From Bradyrhizobium sp. (lineage in GTDB: Bacteria > Pseudomonadota > Alphaproteobacteria > Rhizobiales > Xanthobacteraceae), in the NCBI GenBank assembly GCA_052389815.1, contig JBQTHN010000005.1, positions 112,978 through 176,977 on the forward strand: a DNA stretch of 64,000 nucleotides, read 5' to 3'. Below, piece after piece: positions 38,718 through 48,942 of this stretch. The notes beneath the pieces were generated by a model. That model was not told the DNA's origin. It saw only the letters and a program-made list of their open reading frames with translations, and did not search any database. Positions within the stretch are counted from its first letter, which is position 1. Each line of letters opens with the position of its first letter. Made by a program: the position numbers and the translations under genes.

Positions 38718-39380
38718 ATGTGCAATTTATATTCAATCACGACCAACCAGGCGGCGATTGCCGGCCTGTTCAGACGCATGAACCAGTACGTAGGCAACCT
38801 GCCGGCGATGCCCGGTGTTTTTCCGGACTATCCGGCACCGGTGGTCCGCAATTTCGGCGATGCTGAAGAGATGGTGTCGATGCGGTGGGGCATGCCGCCG
38901 CCACCAAGGACCGGCGGTCCGCCGGTAACTAATATTCGCAACACGTCCTCTCCCCACTGGCGCGGCTGGCTAAAGCCAGAGAACCGCTGCCTTGTGCCGG
39001 CGAACAGCTTCGCCGAGTACGCGCCCGAAATGAACCCGGAGACCAAGAAGAAAGACGTCGTCTGGTTTGCGCTCGACGACAGCCGACCGCTGTTCATGTT
39101 CGCCGGCATCTGGACCGAGTTCAAGGGCGATCGCGGCACGAAGTCGAAGCCGATCCCCGGCCCTCACCTCGTCTATGGTTTCTTAACGACATCACCGAAC
39201 GCGATCGTCGCGCCGATCCATCCGAAGGCAATGCCGGTGATCCTGACGACCGAGGAGGAACGCGACGTCTGGATGCGCGCTCCGTGGGATGAGGCGAAGG
39301 CGCAGCAGCGTCCTTTACCTGACGAGGCGCTAAAGATCGTCCTGCGCGGCGAAGACAAGGAAGACAAGGCGGCGGCGTAG
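38718..39380 (+). CDS. SOS response-associated peptidase (SRAP/HMCES)
   Basis: N-terminal MCNLY (catalytic Cys2), [21 protein letters not shown]. Confidence 0.92.
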   Translation: MCNLYSITTNQAAIAGLFRRMNQYVGNLPAMPGVFPDYPAPVVRNFGDAEEMVSMRWGMPPPPRTGGPPVTNIRNTSSPHWRGWLKPENRCLVPANSFAEYAPEMNPETKKKDVVWFALDDSRPLFMFAGIWTEFKGDRGTKSKPIPGPHLVYGFLTTSPNAIVAPIHPKAMPVILTTEEERDVWMRAPWDEAKAQQRPLPDEALKIVLRGEDKEDKAAA

Positions 39381-39509
39381 GCCCGTATGCATGGAGCGCC
39401 GGAACACAGGGAGCGACAAGGACGCTCTCTACTGGGGTCGCAGCGTGGATGATCTCATTGCGATTTGAGCGAGAATCATCGAGCGTGCAGTTCTAACAGG
39501 GGGACGATC

Positions 39510-41582
39510 GTGCTCGCGTCGACGGCCGCATCATATCTTGAGACGCTCAACCCGGAACAGCGTCGAGCCGTCGAGCACGGGGTCACCGCTGACAGTCATG
39601 TCGGAGCTCCCCTGCTGGTCATCGCTGGCGCCGGATCCGGCAAGACGAATACCCTTGCCCACCGTGTTGCCCACCTCATCGTCAGCGGCGCCGACCCGCG
39701 TCGGATCTTGCTGATGACGTTCTCGCGGCGCGCTGCATCCGAGATGTCAAGGCGCGTCGAGCGGATCGCTCGTAAGGTGCTTGGCGCTGATGCCGGGATC
39801 ATGACGGACGCGCTCAGTTGGGCCGGCACGTTCCATGGTATCGGTGCCCGGCTGCTTCGCGAATATGCCGACCAGATCGGCCTCAACCCTGCATTTACCA
39901 TTCACGATCGTGAGGACTCGGCCGATCTGATGAATCTGGTCAGGCACGAGCGCGGGCTCTCGAAGACCGAAAGCCGCTTTCCTACGAAAGGCACGTGCCT
40001 TTCGATCTATTCACGCTGCGTCAACGCCGAGGCCGAGCTGGACCAGGTGCTCGGAGCGTCTTACCTGTGGTGCGCCGGCTGGGCCAATGAACTCAAGGAA
40101 CTTTTCGCGGCGTACGTCGAGGCCAAGCAGAAGCACAACGTTCTCGATTACGATGATCTCCTGCTCTACTGGGCACAGATGATGTCCGATGCCGGCATCG
40201 CCGACGATGTCGGCGGCCGCTTCGATCATGTCCTCGTCGACGAATATCAGGACACGAACCGTCTGCAGTCATCGGTTCTGCTCGCTTTGAAGCCGGGAGG
40301 CCGTGGCCTCACCGTGGTCGGCGACGATGCGCAATCGATCTATTCCTTCCGCGCCGCGACTGTCCGTAACATCCTGGACTTCCCCGACCAGTTCAGTCCA
40401 ATGGCGGAGATCATCACCCTGGACCGCAACTATCGTTCGACGCAGCCGATCCTTTCCGCGGCAAATGGCGTCATCGATCTCGCGAGGGAGCGCTTCACCA
40501 AGAACCTGTGGACGGAGCGGACCTCGTCGGAAAAACCTCGCCTCATCGCGGTGCGGGACGAGGCGGACCAGGCGCGGTACATCGTCGAGCGCATTCTCGA
40601 AACCCGCGAGGAAGGGGCTCTCCTCAAACAACAGGCGGTGCTTTTCCGTACGTCCTCGCACAGCGGGGCGCTGGAGGTCGAACTCACCCGTCGCAACATC
40701 CCGTTCGTGAAGTTCGGCGGTCTGAAGTTTCTCGACGCGGCGCACGTCAAGGACCTGCTCGCACTGCTGCGGTTCGTCGAGAATCCCCGCGATAGGGTCG
40801 CTGGGTTCCGCGTGTTGCACCTGTTGCCGGGTATCGGTCCTGCTTCCGCGCAGCGCATCCTCGATCAGACGGCAGAGGCCACCGACCCGCTCGGCGCGCT
40901 CTGTACCCTTCCCTCCCCGCCTCGCGCTGGCGACGGTTGGGCCAATTTCGTCGAAACCATCGGAAACCTTCGATATTCGGAATGGCCATCGGGCATGGAG
41001 CGTGCCCGCCTCTGGTACGAACCACATCTCGACCGTATCCACGAAGACGCCGAAGTCCGTCGCGCCGACCTCGTTCAACTTGAACAGATAGCCGGCGGAT
41101 ACCTTTCGCGCGAACGCTTCCTCACCGAACTCACCCTGGATCCGCCGGATGCGACGAGCGACCAGGCCGGCGTGCCGTTTTTAGACGAGGACTATCTCAT
41201 CCTGTCGACCATCCACTCGGCAAAAGGCCAGGAATGGAAGTCGGTGTACGTCCTCAACGTGGTCGACGGCTGCATGCCATCCGACCTGGGAGCCGGCACC
41301 TCCGCCGAACTCGAGGAGGAGCGCCGCCTGCTCTACGTCGCGATGACGCGTGCAAAGGACCATCTCCATCTAGTAGTGCCGCAGCGCTTCTTCGCTCACG
41401 GTCAACACTCACAGGGTGACCGGCACGTTTATGCATCGCGAACCCGCTTCATTCCCGAGAAACTGCTCGCCCTGTTCGAGCGCACGAATTGGCCGGTTGC
41501 ATCCCCGGGCGCGGCCGCCCGTGGCCCAACCCAAGGCCCACGAATTGATATCGGCGCTCGCATGCGCGGGATGTGGCGCTAG
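39510..41582 (+). CDS. UvrD/Rep-family ATP-dependent helicase
   Basis: AGAGSGKT, VDEYQD, VGDDAQSIY, NYRS, STIHSAKGQEW, EERRLLYVAMTRA. Confidence 0.93.
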   Translation: MLASTAASYLETLNPEQRRAVEHGVTADSHVGAPLLVIAGAGSGKTNTLAHRVAHLIVSGADPRRILLMTFSRRAASEMSRRVERIARKVLGADAGIMTDALSWAGTFHGIGARLLREYADQIGLNPAFTIHDREDSADLMNLVRHERGLSKTESRFPTKGTCLSIYSRCVNAEAELDQVLGASYLWCAGWANELKELFAAYVEAKQKHNVLDYDDLLLYWAQMMSDAGIADDVGGRFDHVLVDEYQDTNRLQSSVLLALKPGGRGLTVVGDDAQSIYSFRAATVRNILDFPDQFSPMAEIITLDRNYRSTQPILSAANGVIDLARERFTKNLWTERTSSEKPRLIAVRDEADQARYIVERILETREEGALLKQQAVLFRTSSHSGALEVELTRRNIPFVKFGGLKFLDAAHVKDLLALLRFVENPRDRVAGFRVLHLLPGIGPASAQRILDQTAEATDPLGALCTLPSPPRAGDGWANFVETIGNLRYSEWPSGMERARLWYEPHLDRIHEDAEVRRADLVQLEQIAGGYLSRERFLTELTLDPPDATSDQAGVPFLDEDYLILSTIHSAKGQEWKSVYVLNVVDGCMPSDLGAGTSAELEEERRLLYVAMTRAKDHLHLVVPQRFFAHGQHSQGDRHVYASRTRFIPEKLLALFERTNWPVASPGAAARGPTQGPRIDIGARMRGMWR

Positions 41583-41661
41583 CCTGTGGCTAAGACCGCG
41601 ATTGGATGCGGGGTCTTTTCCTTGGACCGTTCGACTCAAAACTCCATGTTATACTGGCGCC

Positions 41662-42407
41662 ATGAGCAAACGGCATGTTGGCAAGATCTGCGTCTACTGC
41701 GGCACCGCGCCTGCCGAGACGATGGATCACGTGTTCGCGCGGGAATTTTTCCTGGTGAGCCGCCGCGCGAACCTGCCCAAGGTGCCCACCTGCAGCGCGT
41801 GCAACGGCGTCAAGAGCGGCCACGAGCACTATTTGACCACGGTGCTGCCGTTCGCCAGCAACCATCAAGACGCGCCCCTGGTGCTGTCCCAGATGGTGGA
41901 GCGGCGCCTGGATAAGAACGCCAAGCTGAAGCGCCAACTGGCAGCCGGTCATCAGCAGGAGCTGACTCTCCAGAATGGCCTTTTCTTGCCGGCCATGACG
42001 TTGCCCTTTGACGGCGACCGTGTCGGGGAACTGTTCAAGTTCATCACCCAAGGGCTGCTCTATCACCACTTCAAGGTCATTCTCGATCGGCAAAAGACGG
42101 GATCTGGGCGGGCTTCCTCAACCGCCCCGGCGAGGAGATGCACCGGAAGCTCCTCGCGGCGCAGAATGCCCGCGCTCGGGTAAAGGGCGACATCGGCGGC
42201 GGCGCCTTCGTCTACGAGGGGGCGCAAGGCGTGGATTCCCCGGAGATGTCGATCTGGATCTTTCACCTGTTCGGCGGCATTCGCGTCAGCGGCGATGCCG
42301 CCGAGCCCGACGCCATGACGCGGGTAGTCGGCGGGGTGACCGCCTCGCAACGAGTTCTCCGGCTGCTTGATGATGGCCAAGGCTCCGACTCTCCAACAGC
42401 GGCTTAA
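41662..42407 (+). pseudogene. HNH-endonuclease-like protein with a frameshift at ~42092-42095
   Basis: CVYC..TMDHVF..CSACN (HNH/Zn). The -1 frame from the AAAA run gives DGIWAGFLNRPGEEMHRKLL.. to the stop at 42407. Confidence 0.7.
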
Positions 42408-42439
42408 CTGCCATAAGAGAGACGAGCGAGAGCCGCAAA

Positions 42440-43852
42440 ATGCCAATACGCAAGAAGTGGAAGCCAAAATGGAGCGAGCCATGCCCATGCGCCTCCGGGA
42501 AGAAGTACAAGGATTGCTGCTGGCGGCGCCTGCCAGACTTTGACATAGGTAAGGCATACACGGCGGCCCTACGGGAAAAGAATTTGGACCGGGCGCTTCT
42601 TGCAACACGCGCCGACGTCACGCAGTACACGATATGGCACAAGACAAACACCGCACCAGCGCTGGCGGCAGGCGGCGTCGGACTGCAGCTGCTTCGCATC
42701 GACGTGAACGCACTGGGGGCTTACGTTGGCCGCTTGTCCTCACTGTATTTTCACCTTGGGCTTTGGAAAGACTGGCCCGCCGTGCTGGATCGGCTTCGCA
42801 CCAACATCCAGCATCCTGCCTGGTACAGGAAGATCGCGTATTACCTTTCGTTCTACTACCTCAGTCCCGGCGGTGATCGCGCAAAAGCCCGGCAAGAGCT
42901 GGCGAAGGCAGGCCCGATTACGAAAAAGGAAGAGGACCTTGAGCTTCTGCAGCTGTATGTCGATCTTGAATTCGATGATCTGCCATTCGCAGCTCGAATG
43001 GAAATATTAGACCGCATCCTCGAACTGGATAACGATCGCGAAAACCAGCTGCAGTATCGGGGAGCCAAAGCCGTTCAATACTTCATGATCGGTGACGCGC
43101 AAACCGCCGCGCAACAGTTGGCCGAAGTCATTGGCTTTGTGCGGCAGACCGAAGCGGATGAGCCGCTGGAGGGGTACGAGAAGCACCTATATGGCAGGCT
43201 CCTTCAACTGCTCGGCAGCTTGAAGCGTTACAAGTCGACGCTCAAGGAGTCGGCATTGCAATTTCATGCGCTGCTGCTTGAGGATCGCTGGACACAAAGC
43301 GGCAGGGCCGCCATCCAACGCGAGTTAGGCGACAGCTACCGATATGCCGATGAGTGGGATCAGGCAGAAATGGCTTATCGTCAGGCAATTGCGCTTGGCG
43401 GGTCTCACCTCGATAAGGTCCACGTCGCGGAATGCTTGCTCTATCGCAAGCAAATCGATGCTGCCGCTACCGAGATCGACACCGTAAAGCGAGAGACCCT
43501 GCCGCGACATGAGTTCGAGGATTTTGTTTTCGCTTATGCTGCAATCGCGATTTGGTCGGCAAAAACTGACCGCCTGACCGAGGCCAAAACGCTTCTTCGA
43601 GCTCTAGGTCCGGCCGAGCCAATCTTCAATGATCGCCGCCTGAACCTGCTGCTCCGGGTGACGGAAACTCTTGCCAGCGGCACCCCGTCTGCTGTGGCGA
43701 AAGCAGACAGCACGCCCAAAGGCGGGCTGGCGACAGTTGCCAGTTTCTTTGAGCTAAAGCCGAACATCGCCGGGATTGGGTTCAACTTCAACGCGATGAT
43801 CGACTATTTCGCCCGAAAGAAAACCAAGGGCGAACCTAATAAGTCCGACTGA
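42440..43852 (+). CDS. SEC-C motif protein with a TPR-like helical body
   Basis: EPCPCASGKKYKDCC; LGDSYRYADEWDQAEMAYRQAIAL TPR-like segment. Confidence 0.78.
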   Translation: MPIRKKWKPKWSEPCPCASGKKYKDCCWRRLPDFDIGKAYTAALREKNLDRALLATRADVTQYTIWHKTNTAPALAAGGVGLQLLRIDVNALGAYVGRLSSLYFHLGLWKDWPAVLDRLRTNIQHPAWYRKIAYYLSFYYLSPGGDRAKARQELAKAGPITKKEEDLELLQLYVDLEFDDLPFAARMEILDRILELDNDRENQLQYRGAKAVQYFMIGDAQTAAQQLAEVIGFVRQTEADEPLEGYEKHLYGRLLQLLGSLKRYKSTLKESALQFHALLLEDRWTQSGRAAIQRELGDSYRYADEWDQAEMAYRQAIALGGSHLDKVHVAECLLYRKQIDAAATEIDTVKRETLPRHEFEDFVFAYAAIAIWSAKTDRLTEAKTLLRALGPAEPIFNDRRLNLLLRVTETLASGTPSAVAKADSTPKGGLATVASFFELKPNIAGIGFNFNAMIDYFARKKTKGEPNKSD

Positions 43853-43885
43853 TGCTGGCCCATCGCGAAAACCGCGATTCCACGA

Positions 43886-45652
43886 CTATCGCCAGCCCAT
43901 GTATGCTGCAAGACGGCTGAGACTGTCGATCGCCAGCTTGTAATAATCAGCGGACTTGTTCGCAAAACCGGCCTTGAGGATGGCGGCATTGATTTCCGGG
44001 ACAGCCCAACCCTCGAGTATCTGCCGCCTGGTTTGTCCGTCCCAACCCGCGCGCCCCATGGGGCTCCAGGCGAAATCGCGACCGCCTGTTTTGCTGAGGG
44101 TCGCTTGTAAATCCTCCAGCGAGGTCGATAGCGTCAGGTGCGCCAGCGCCGCCAACATCTCAAACTCCTCAAATAACCTGGTGAACTCGCCATTCATGAA
44201 AATGAAATCGGTGCACCAGGCGGGCAGAACATCGTGGAGGTGATCGCTGAGCGGCGTCTTCCGCTTCTCTAGGCCTTCCAGGGTCTTCCAGGCGTCAGTG
44301 CCACCTCCTTCCCAAGAGCCGAGCAGTAAACGCTTTACAAGGGGTTGAGGCTCGCGTTCATGTGGCACAGTCGTCGCGAACAGCTTAAACAGGTCTCCAT
44401 ATCGGCGGGCCTTCAGCAACCCGATACCATAGGCATAGAAGAGCAACACGGCAGGATAGGTGCGCAGATTGATCAACACCGTCAGCCCGCCAACCACTTC
44501 GGCCTGCGAAAACCGCGCAATGTACTCGACGGCTTGCGCAAATTCGGTGCCGGTGCCCCAACGGCCGAGCACTCCAAAGATCCTGGCGAGCGGTTCGGTC
44601 AACGCCTCGTAACGGGCGACGGTTTGCGCGTAGCGCTCCGGCGACCATGCGCCGCTCGGTTCAAATTCCTTTTCCTTTATCGCCTTGGCGAGCCGCGCGG
44701 CCTCGTTACCGATCAGCTCGTCTAGCTGGATGCGAAATTCAGGCTTGCCGAGGTATTTCTTCGCGCTCGTGACCATCAGCTCAATGCTGAGCGGGTTTTC
44801 GCGCTGTAGCTCTGCCTGGGCGGAAAGCTTGCCTTCGAGGTCTTCAAAGAAGCTGTCAGCATTGTCGATCGTGATGATTCTGCCGGCCCGATGCTGCACC
44901 AGGTCGGCCGCAATCTGAGACGGCTTGCCGCGAGCAGCAAAGAATAGCGGATAGCGGCGGTTGGGCGCCCGGGTGATGCCGCCCCGGAGTGCCGCATCCC
45001 AATCGCCCGACCAGCCCGCAATGATGAGGCCGTGCTCGTCAATGATCCGGTCAAGCAAGGCGTTCGTTTCCGGCGAATAAGCGCTTAACTCCTGGTCGGT
45101 ATTGCGAATCCGCGTGTCGAGATAGTCTCCATGAACCTTGACCAGGTAGCACCTGCTGTGGGTCAGCGGGACTGCGCCTTTGAGATCGTCATCTGACTTG
45201 ATGACGGTGGGCTCAATGCCGGCCTCTCGCAAGGCGTTTTCCATCAGCCGGTCGAAATTGGTCGTGATGATGACGCGAATAAAGCCAGCGCGCACGAGCC
45301 TGGCGATGGCATGGTGGGCGCGCGTGGGTACCTTGCGGCCCTCCGCAATCTCTTCTTCTGTCGGCTCGATATACGAGTGCAGGATCGATCGCCGTTCATC
45401 TGGCGTGCTAGCGAGCTGATCGAGAAGCGCCGAATAGTTCGCCTCCGCGCCGTATTTGTCGCCGTACCACTTGGCCCAGTCGGGTTGGCCGGTGACGCCT
45501 TCGAGGGCCGCAACCCTCTTGATCAAGTCCAGCGTCACTTCCCAGCCGGTCGGGATATACGCTGCACGCGATACACCAGATCCCAAGAGGAGGGCATAGA
45601 CCCCTTTGTTTTCGTAGACCGAGAAAGCCAGCGCTGTGATGGGATCAATCAT
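43886..45652 (-). CDS. SIR2-like (SIR2_2) domain protein, probable NADase defence effector
   Basis: LLLGSGVS, IITTNFD, KVHGD, GWSG motifs intact. Confidence 0.88.
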   Translation of the reverse strand: MIDPITALAFSVYENKGVYALLLGSGVSRAAYIPTGWEVTLDLIKRVAALEGVTGQPDWAKWYGDKYGAEANYSALLDQLASTPDERRSILHSYIEPTEEEIAEGRKVPTRAHHAIARLVRAGFIRVIITTNFDRLMENALREAGIEPTVIKSDDDLKGAVPLTHSRCYLVKVHGDYLDTRIRNTDQELSAYSPETNALLDRIIDEHGLIIAGWSGDWDAALRGGITRAPNRRYPLFFAARGKPSQIAADLVQHRAGRIITIDNADSFFEDLEGKLSAQAELQRENPLSIELMVTSAKKYLGKPEFRIQLDELIGNEAARLAKAIKEKEFEPSGAWSPERYAQTVARYEALTEPLARIFGVLGRWGTGTEFAQAVEYIARFSQAEVVGGLTVLINLRTYPAVLLFYAYGIGLLKARRYGDLFKLFATTVPHEREPQPLVKRLLLGSWEGGGTDAWKTLEGLEKRKTPLSDHLHDVLPAWCTDFIFMNGEFTRLFEEFEMLAALAHLTLSTSLEDLQATLSKTGGRDFAWSPMGRAGWDGQTRRQILEGWAVPEINAAILKAGFANKSADYYKLAIDSLSRLAAYMGWR

Positions 45653-45768
45653 TGAAAATCTTTCCCCAAATGATGCCAAGCGCCTTCATCGCTGCCTCAA
45701 GTCCCGGCGGTATCTGTATTCCTTGTGCTCTGCCATGCCTGTGCCCACCCCTGTTTGGTACAGCTCAC

Positions 45769-46311
45769 TTACTTCTTGGTGAGATTCCGCAGTCTCGCGT
45801 GCAGTAGATTCGCCGGAAGCCGCACCAGCGGGTCGTCCTGCCAAGCGGTAAGGCATTGGATCAGCTTGTGAGCCGTAACGAGGCCCCGGCTGTGGATCTC
45901 ATCGGTGACCCAGAGCACGCCACGAACTTCGCAGCCCTTGGCGACAGCAACAGTGCGCAATTTGCCGTCACCGGTCAGCAGGATCGATTCCTTGAGGTCC
46001 TCGGCAAGGACCAAAGAGAAGCAGTCCTCCGCACTGAGCTTGGCGTTGACGGACTGGATCGCAATGGCTCGGCCAACTTGTCCGGGATCGAGATCAATCT
46101 GTTCCAGACCAGCCCCCGTAAGACGCTGCCAGTCCTTCTCAGTGAAATCGAGAAGCTCATTGTGCGCGACAGGCAAGGCGACCACAAAACGGTAGGGCAG
46201 CTGAAGCATGACTTCAACCAGACCTACCTTATTCAGGTCGATCAGGCAGCTCGCATCATTGATGACGATGCGGCGCGGTTCACTGCTGGCCTTTGACCGC
46301 GCGCTCGACAT
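45769..46311 (-). CDS. PIN-domain protein
   Basis: IVINDASCLIDL, LSAEDCFSLVLA, LLTGDGKLR, RGVLWV. Confidence 0.82.
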   Translation of the reverse strand: MSSARSKASSEPRRIVINDASCLIDLNKVGLVEVMLQLPYRFVVALPVAHNELLDFTEKDWQRLTGAGLEQIDLDPGQVGRAIAIQSVNAKLSAEDCFSLVLAEDLKESILLTGDGKLRTVAVAKGCEVRGVLWVTDEIHSRGLVTAHKLIQCLTAWQDDPLVRLPANLLHARLRNLTKK

Positions 46312-47350
46312 CTGCAATGGGCCGTCTCAACAAGCCGGCAGCCTTGGTTGAGGGGATAATGCCTTCCGCCAACGCGCGATAAACATGAGTCTCGAACCGC
46401 TGAGGCTTTTCCAACCTCGCCGTTTCGCCGTCCGTACTTAGCTCTTCCGGCTCTGACTTAAGCCACGCCCGGGCCGGGGTTCGGAATAGGTTCTTCAAAT
46501 TGGCCTCTGAAATGATTCCGACGTCCTTCAGTCGATATAGCAAGGCCCACATCGATACACCATAAAGGTGTTTGAGCCGAACAAGCTCTTTATAGGCGAA
46601 TGCGGTTCGGCCGGTCCCGACTTCCTCCTTCAGGTGCTCTGCTGGCACCAAGAACGCGCCTGCGAACCGGTCCATCGCCTTTTCAGGTTTGGCTTTCTTG
46701 CATTCGCCGATCAGGGCGTGCGCAAGTTCGTGCGCCAGGGTAAACCTGTTGCGTTCAACGTTGACGTTGCGGCGTACCACGACGCGTATGGGTGGCTTCT
46801 TCGCTGGTCGCTTCACATGGCAGGTCAGCCCATAAAATCCGTCGTGACCGTCGATCTCAATAACCCGCACGTTCCGTTCCTCCAGCAGCGAGGTCATGCT
46901 GGGGATCGGGTCTCCGCCTAGATTCCACTTCTCGCGGAGCCAGGTGGCGCGTTTCTCCGCGTCGTCGAGATCATCGACGTCGACCGGCTTAATTTCATCC
47001 AAATCGCTGGGCTTTTCCGGCAGATCAAGGATGTCCTCGATTGCGAGGTAGCGCTCGATATGGTCGATCACTTCGGCCTCGACCAGCGCGCGCTCTTTTT
47101 CAGACGTGCCAGAGCGCTTGCGAAACTCGACGCCGTCGAGCGCAGTCACCTGATTGCTCATCAGGAAATCCAACGAGACCCCAAGCGCCTGGGCGAGCCC
47201 CACGAGGACGCTCGAACTCGGTAGCATTTCACCCAGCTCGTACTTGTTGATCGCCTGCGGCGTCACCTTCGGGGTCGCCTTCTCCGCCAAGGCCGCCAAC
47301 GACAGTCCGGCCCGCAACCGCGCGAGCCGAAGCCTTTCTCCAAATGCCAT
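46280..47350 (-). CDS. XRE HTH + ImmA/IrrE Zn-metallopeptidase fusion
   Basis: RLRLARLRAGLSLAALAE HTH; RNRFTLAHELAH (HExxH); MDRFAGAFLVP. Confidence 0.9.
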   Translation of the reverse strand: MAFGERLRLARLRAGLSLAALAEKATPKVTPQAINKYELGEMLPSSSVLVGLAQALGVSLDFLMSNQVTALDGVEFRKRSGTSEKERALVEAEVIDHIERYLAIEDILDLPEKPSDLDEIKPVDVDDLDDAEKRATWLREKWNLGGDPIPSMTSLLEERNVRVIEIDGHDGFYGLTCHVKRPAKKPPIRVVVRRNVNVERNRFTLAHELAHALIGECKKAKPEKAMDRFAGAFLVPAEHLKEEVGTGRTAFAYKELVRLKHLYGVSMWALLYRLKDVGIISEANLKNLFRTPARAWLKSEPEELSTDGETARLEKPQRFETHVYRALAEGIIPSTKAAGLLRRPIADVERAVKGQQ

Positions 47351-47401
47351 GATTCCGTGTCTCCCTTCGCGTAGTTGACATTTGTCTTTTTATGTGCAAT
47401 T

Positions 47402-47449
47402 TATCAACCAACGGTTAATATATAGGTCAAAACCTCTAGCATATCAACC
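47402..47449. promoter_or_regulatory. Candidate operator array in the AT-rich divergent promoter
   Basis: TATCAACC-AAC-GGTTAATA imperfect palindrome (47402-47420), a further TATCAACC at 47442-47449, and TTGACA at 47375-47380. Confidence 0.5.
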
Positions 47450-47537
47450 GGAGTGTACCACATCTGGGCACCTTTGAGGCCGGTTAGCCACAAGAAGTGG
47501 TTCCGGCCCGGCCCGCAGATCATGAAGGAGAATCGGC

Positions 47538-47792
47538 ATGTCCGAGACTGCAGAAAAGGTGAAGACGATCACCATCATCGTGGACGGCACCCCGCACGAG
47601 GTGCCGAAAAAGGAGAAGATCACCTACGCCGAGGTCGTGACGCTGGCGTATCCGGACTATCCGCAGCACCCCGAGATCACCTACTCGGTGACCTACACCA
47701 AGGGTCACCACGAGGGCATTCTGCCGCCGGGCGGCAGCGTCGAGGTCAAGGACGGGATGGAGTTCCGTGTTAATCGAACTGGCCAATCATAA
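47538..47792 (+). CDS. Ubiquitin-like (multi-ubiquitin family) protein
   Basis: ITIIVDGTPHEV..ITYAEVVTLAY..YSVTY..LPPGGSVEVKDGMEFRV; C-terminus TGQS. Confidence 0.85.
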   Translation: MSETAEKVKTITIIVDGTPHEVPKKEKITYAEVVTLAYPDYPQHPEITYSVTYTKGHHEGILPPGGSVEVKDGMEFRVNRTGQS

Positions 47793-48942
47793 CGACGACA
47801 TCCGCCGACTCCTCGAAAAGGGCTATGCCCTGAGGTTCGACAGCGGCTATCTGGTCGTGCGCTACATTCCCTACCTGGACGCCAACAAGGCGCTCCAGGT
47901 AGGGGCGATCGTCACCAAGCTCGTGTTCATCGACAAGATGCGCGTCCAGCAACAGGACCACCAAGTATTTTTCGCCGGGTCGGCGCCACACGGCCTCGAT
48001 GGCCAACCCGTCCCCAATCTGGGCGGCGGTGCCGCGTCACTCGCACTGACCAAGACCGATGTCGTGGTCGAGCGAAGCTTCTCGAACAAGCCGCCGCCGG
48101 GCCACTTCCCCGACTTCTTCGCCAAGATCGAGCACTACCTGAACCTCGTCGGCGGGCCGGCGATGAGCCTCCACGGCTTCAATCCCTTCACGTTCCGGGT
48201 TGACCACGACGTGGTCGCCGATTCGGTGTTCAAGTTTCAGGACACCATGACCAGCCGCGCCGAGATCGGCGATCTCGCTGCCGTTTTCAAGAACGAGGTC
48301 ATTGCGATCATCGGCCTCGGTGGCACCGGCTGCTTCGTCCTGGACTTCACGGTCAAGACGCCGGTCCAGGAGATTCGCGGCTTCGACGGCGACTTCTACT
48401 ACGTCCATAACGCCTACCGCTCGCCGGGCCATCTCGACGAGCAGGATCTCGGCAAGGCCAAGGCTGAGGTTTAACAGCGGCGGTACGAAAACTTCCGCAA
48501 GAATCTCAAGCTGGAGAAGAAGTATATCGACCGCTCGTCGGCCGCCGACCTTCAAGGTGTGACCTTTGCGTTCGTCTGCGTCGACAAAGGCTCGGCGCGG
48601 GCAGAGATCTTCGAGCTGCTGATCAGCCTTGGGATTCCCTTCATCGATGTCGGTATGGGTCTGAACCGGAAGGAAGGGCCACTCGCCGGAACGTTGCGCG
48701 CGACCTACTACCCGCCGGACAAGGCGGCGCAAGTCCGCGACATGCAGCTCGCCGAGCTGGCGGACCATCCTGATGATGAATACCGCGCCCAGGTCCAGAT
48801 TTCCGAGCTGAATGCCATGAACGCCTTCCTGGCGGTCATGCGCTACAAGCAGCTGCGGGGATTCTATCTCGACAAGCAGGCGCCCTTTCACATGCTTTTC
48901 GACACCGCCGAGATCAAGCTGTTCCGCCAGGAGGGGCCGTGA
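47767..48942 (+). pseudogene. E2-like (DUF6791) + ThiF/E1 fusion interrupted by an in-frame TAA at 48472-48474
   Basis: IIGLGGTG, FDGD..HNAYR; the reading continues in the same frame after TAA (QRRYENF..FAFVCVD..ISELNAMNA). Confidence 0.85.
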
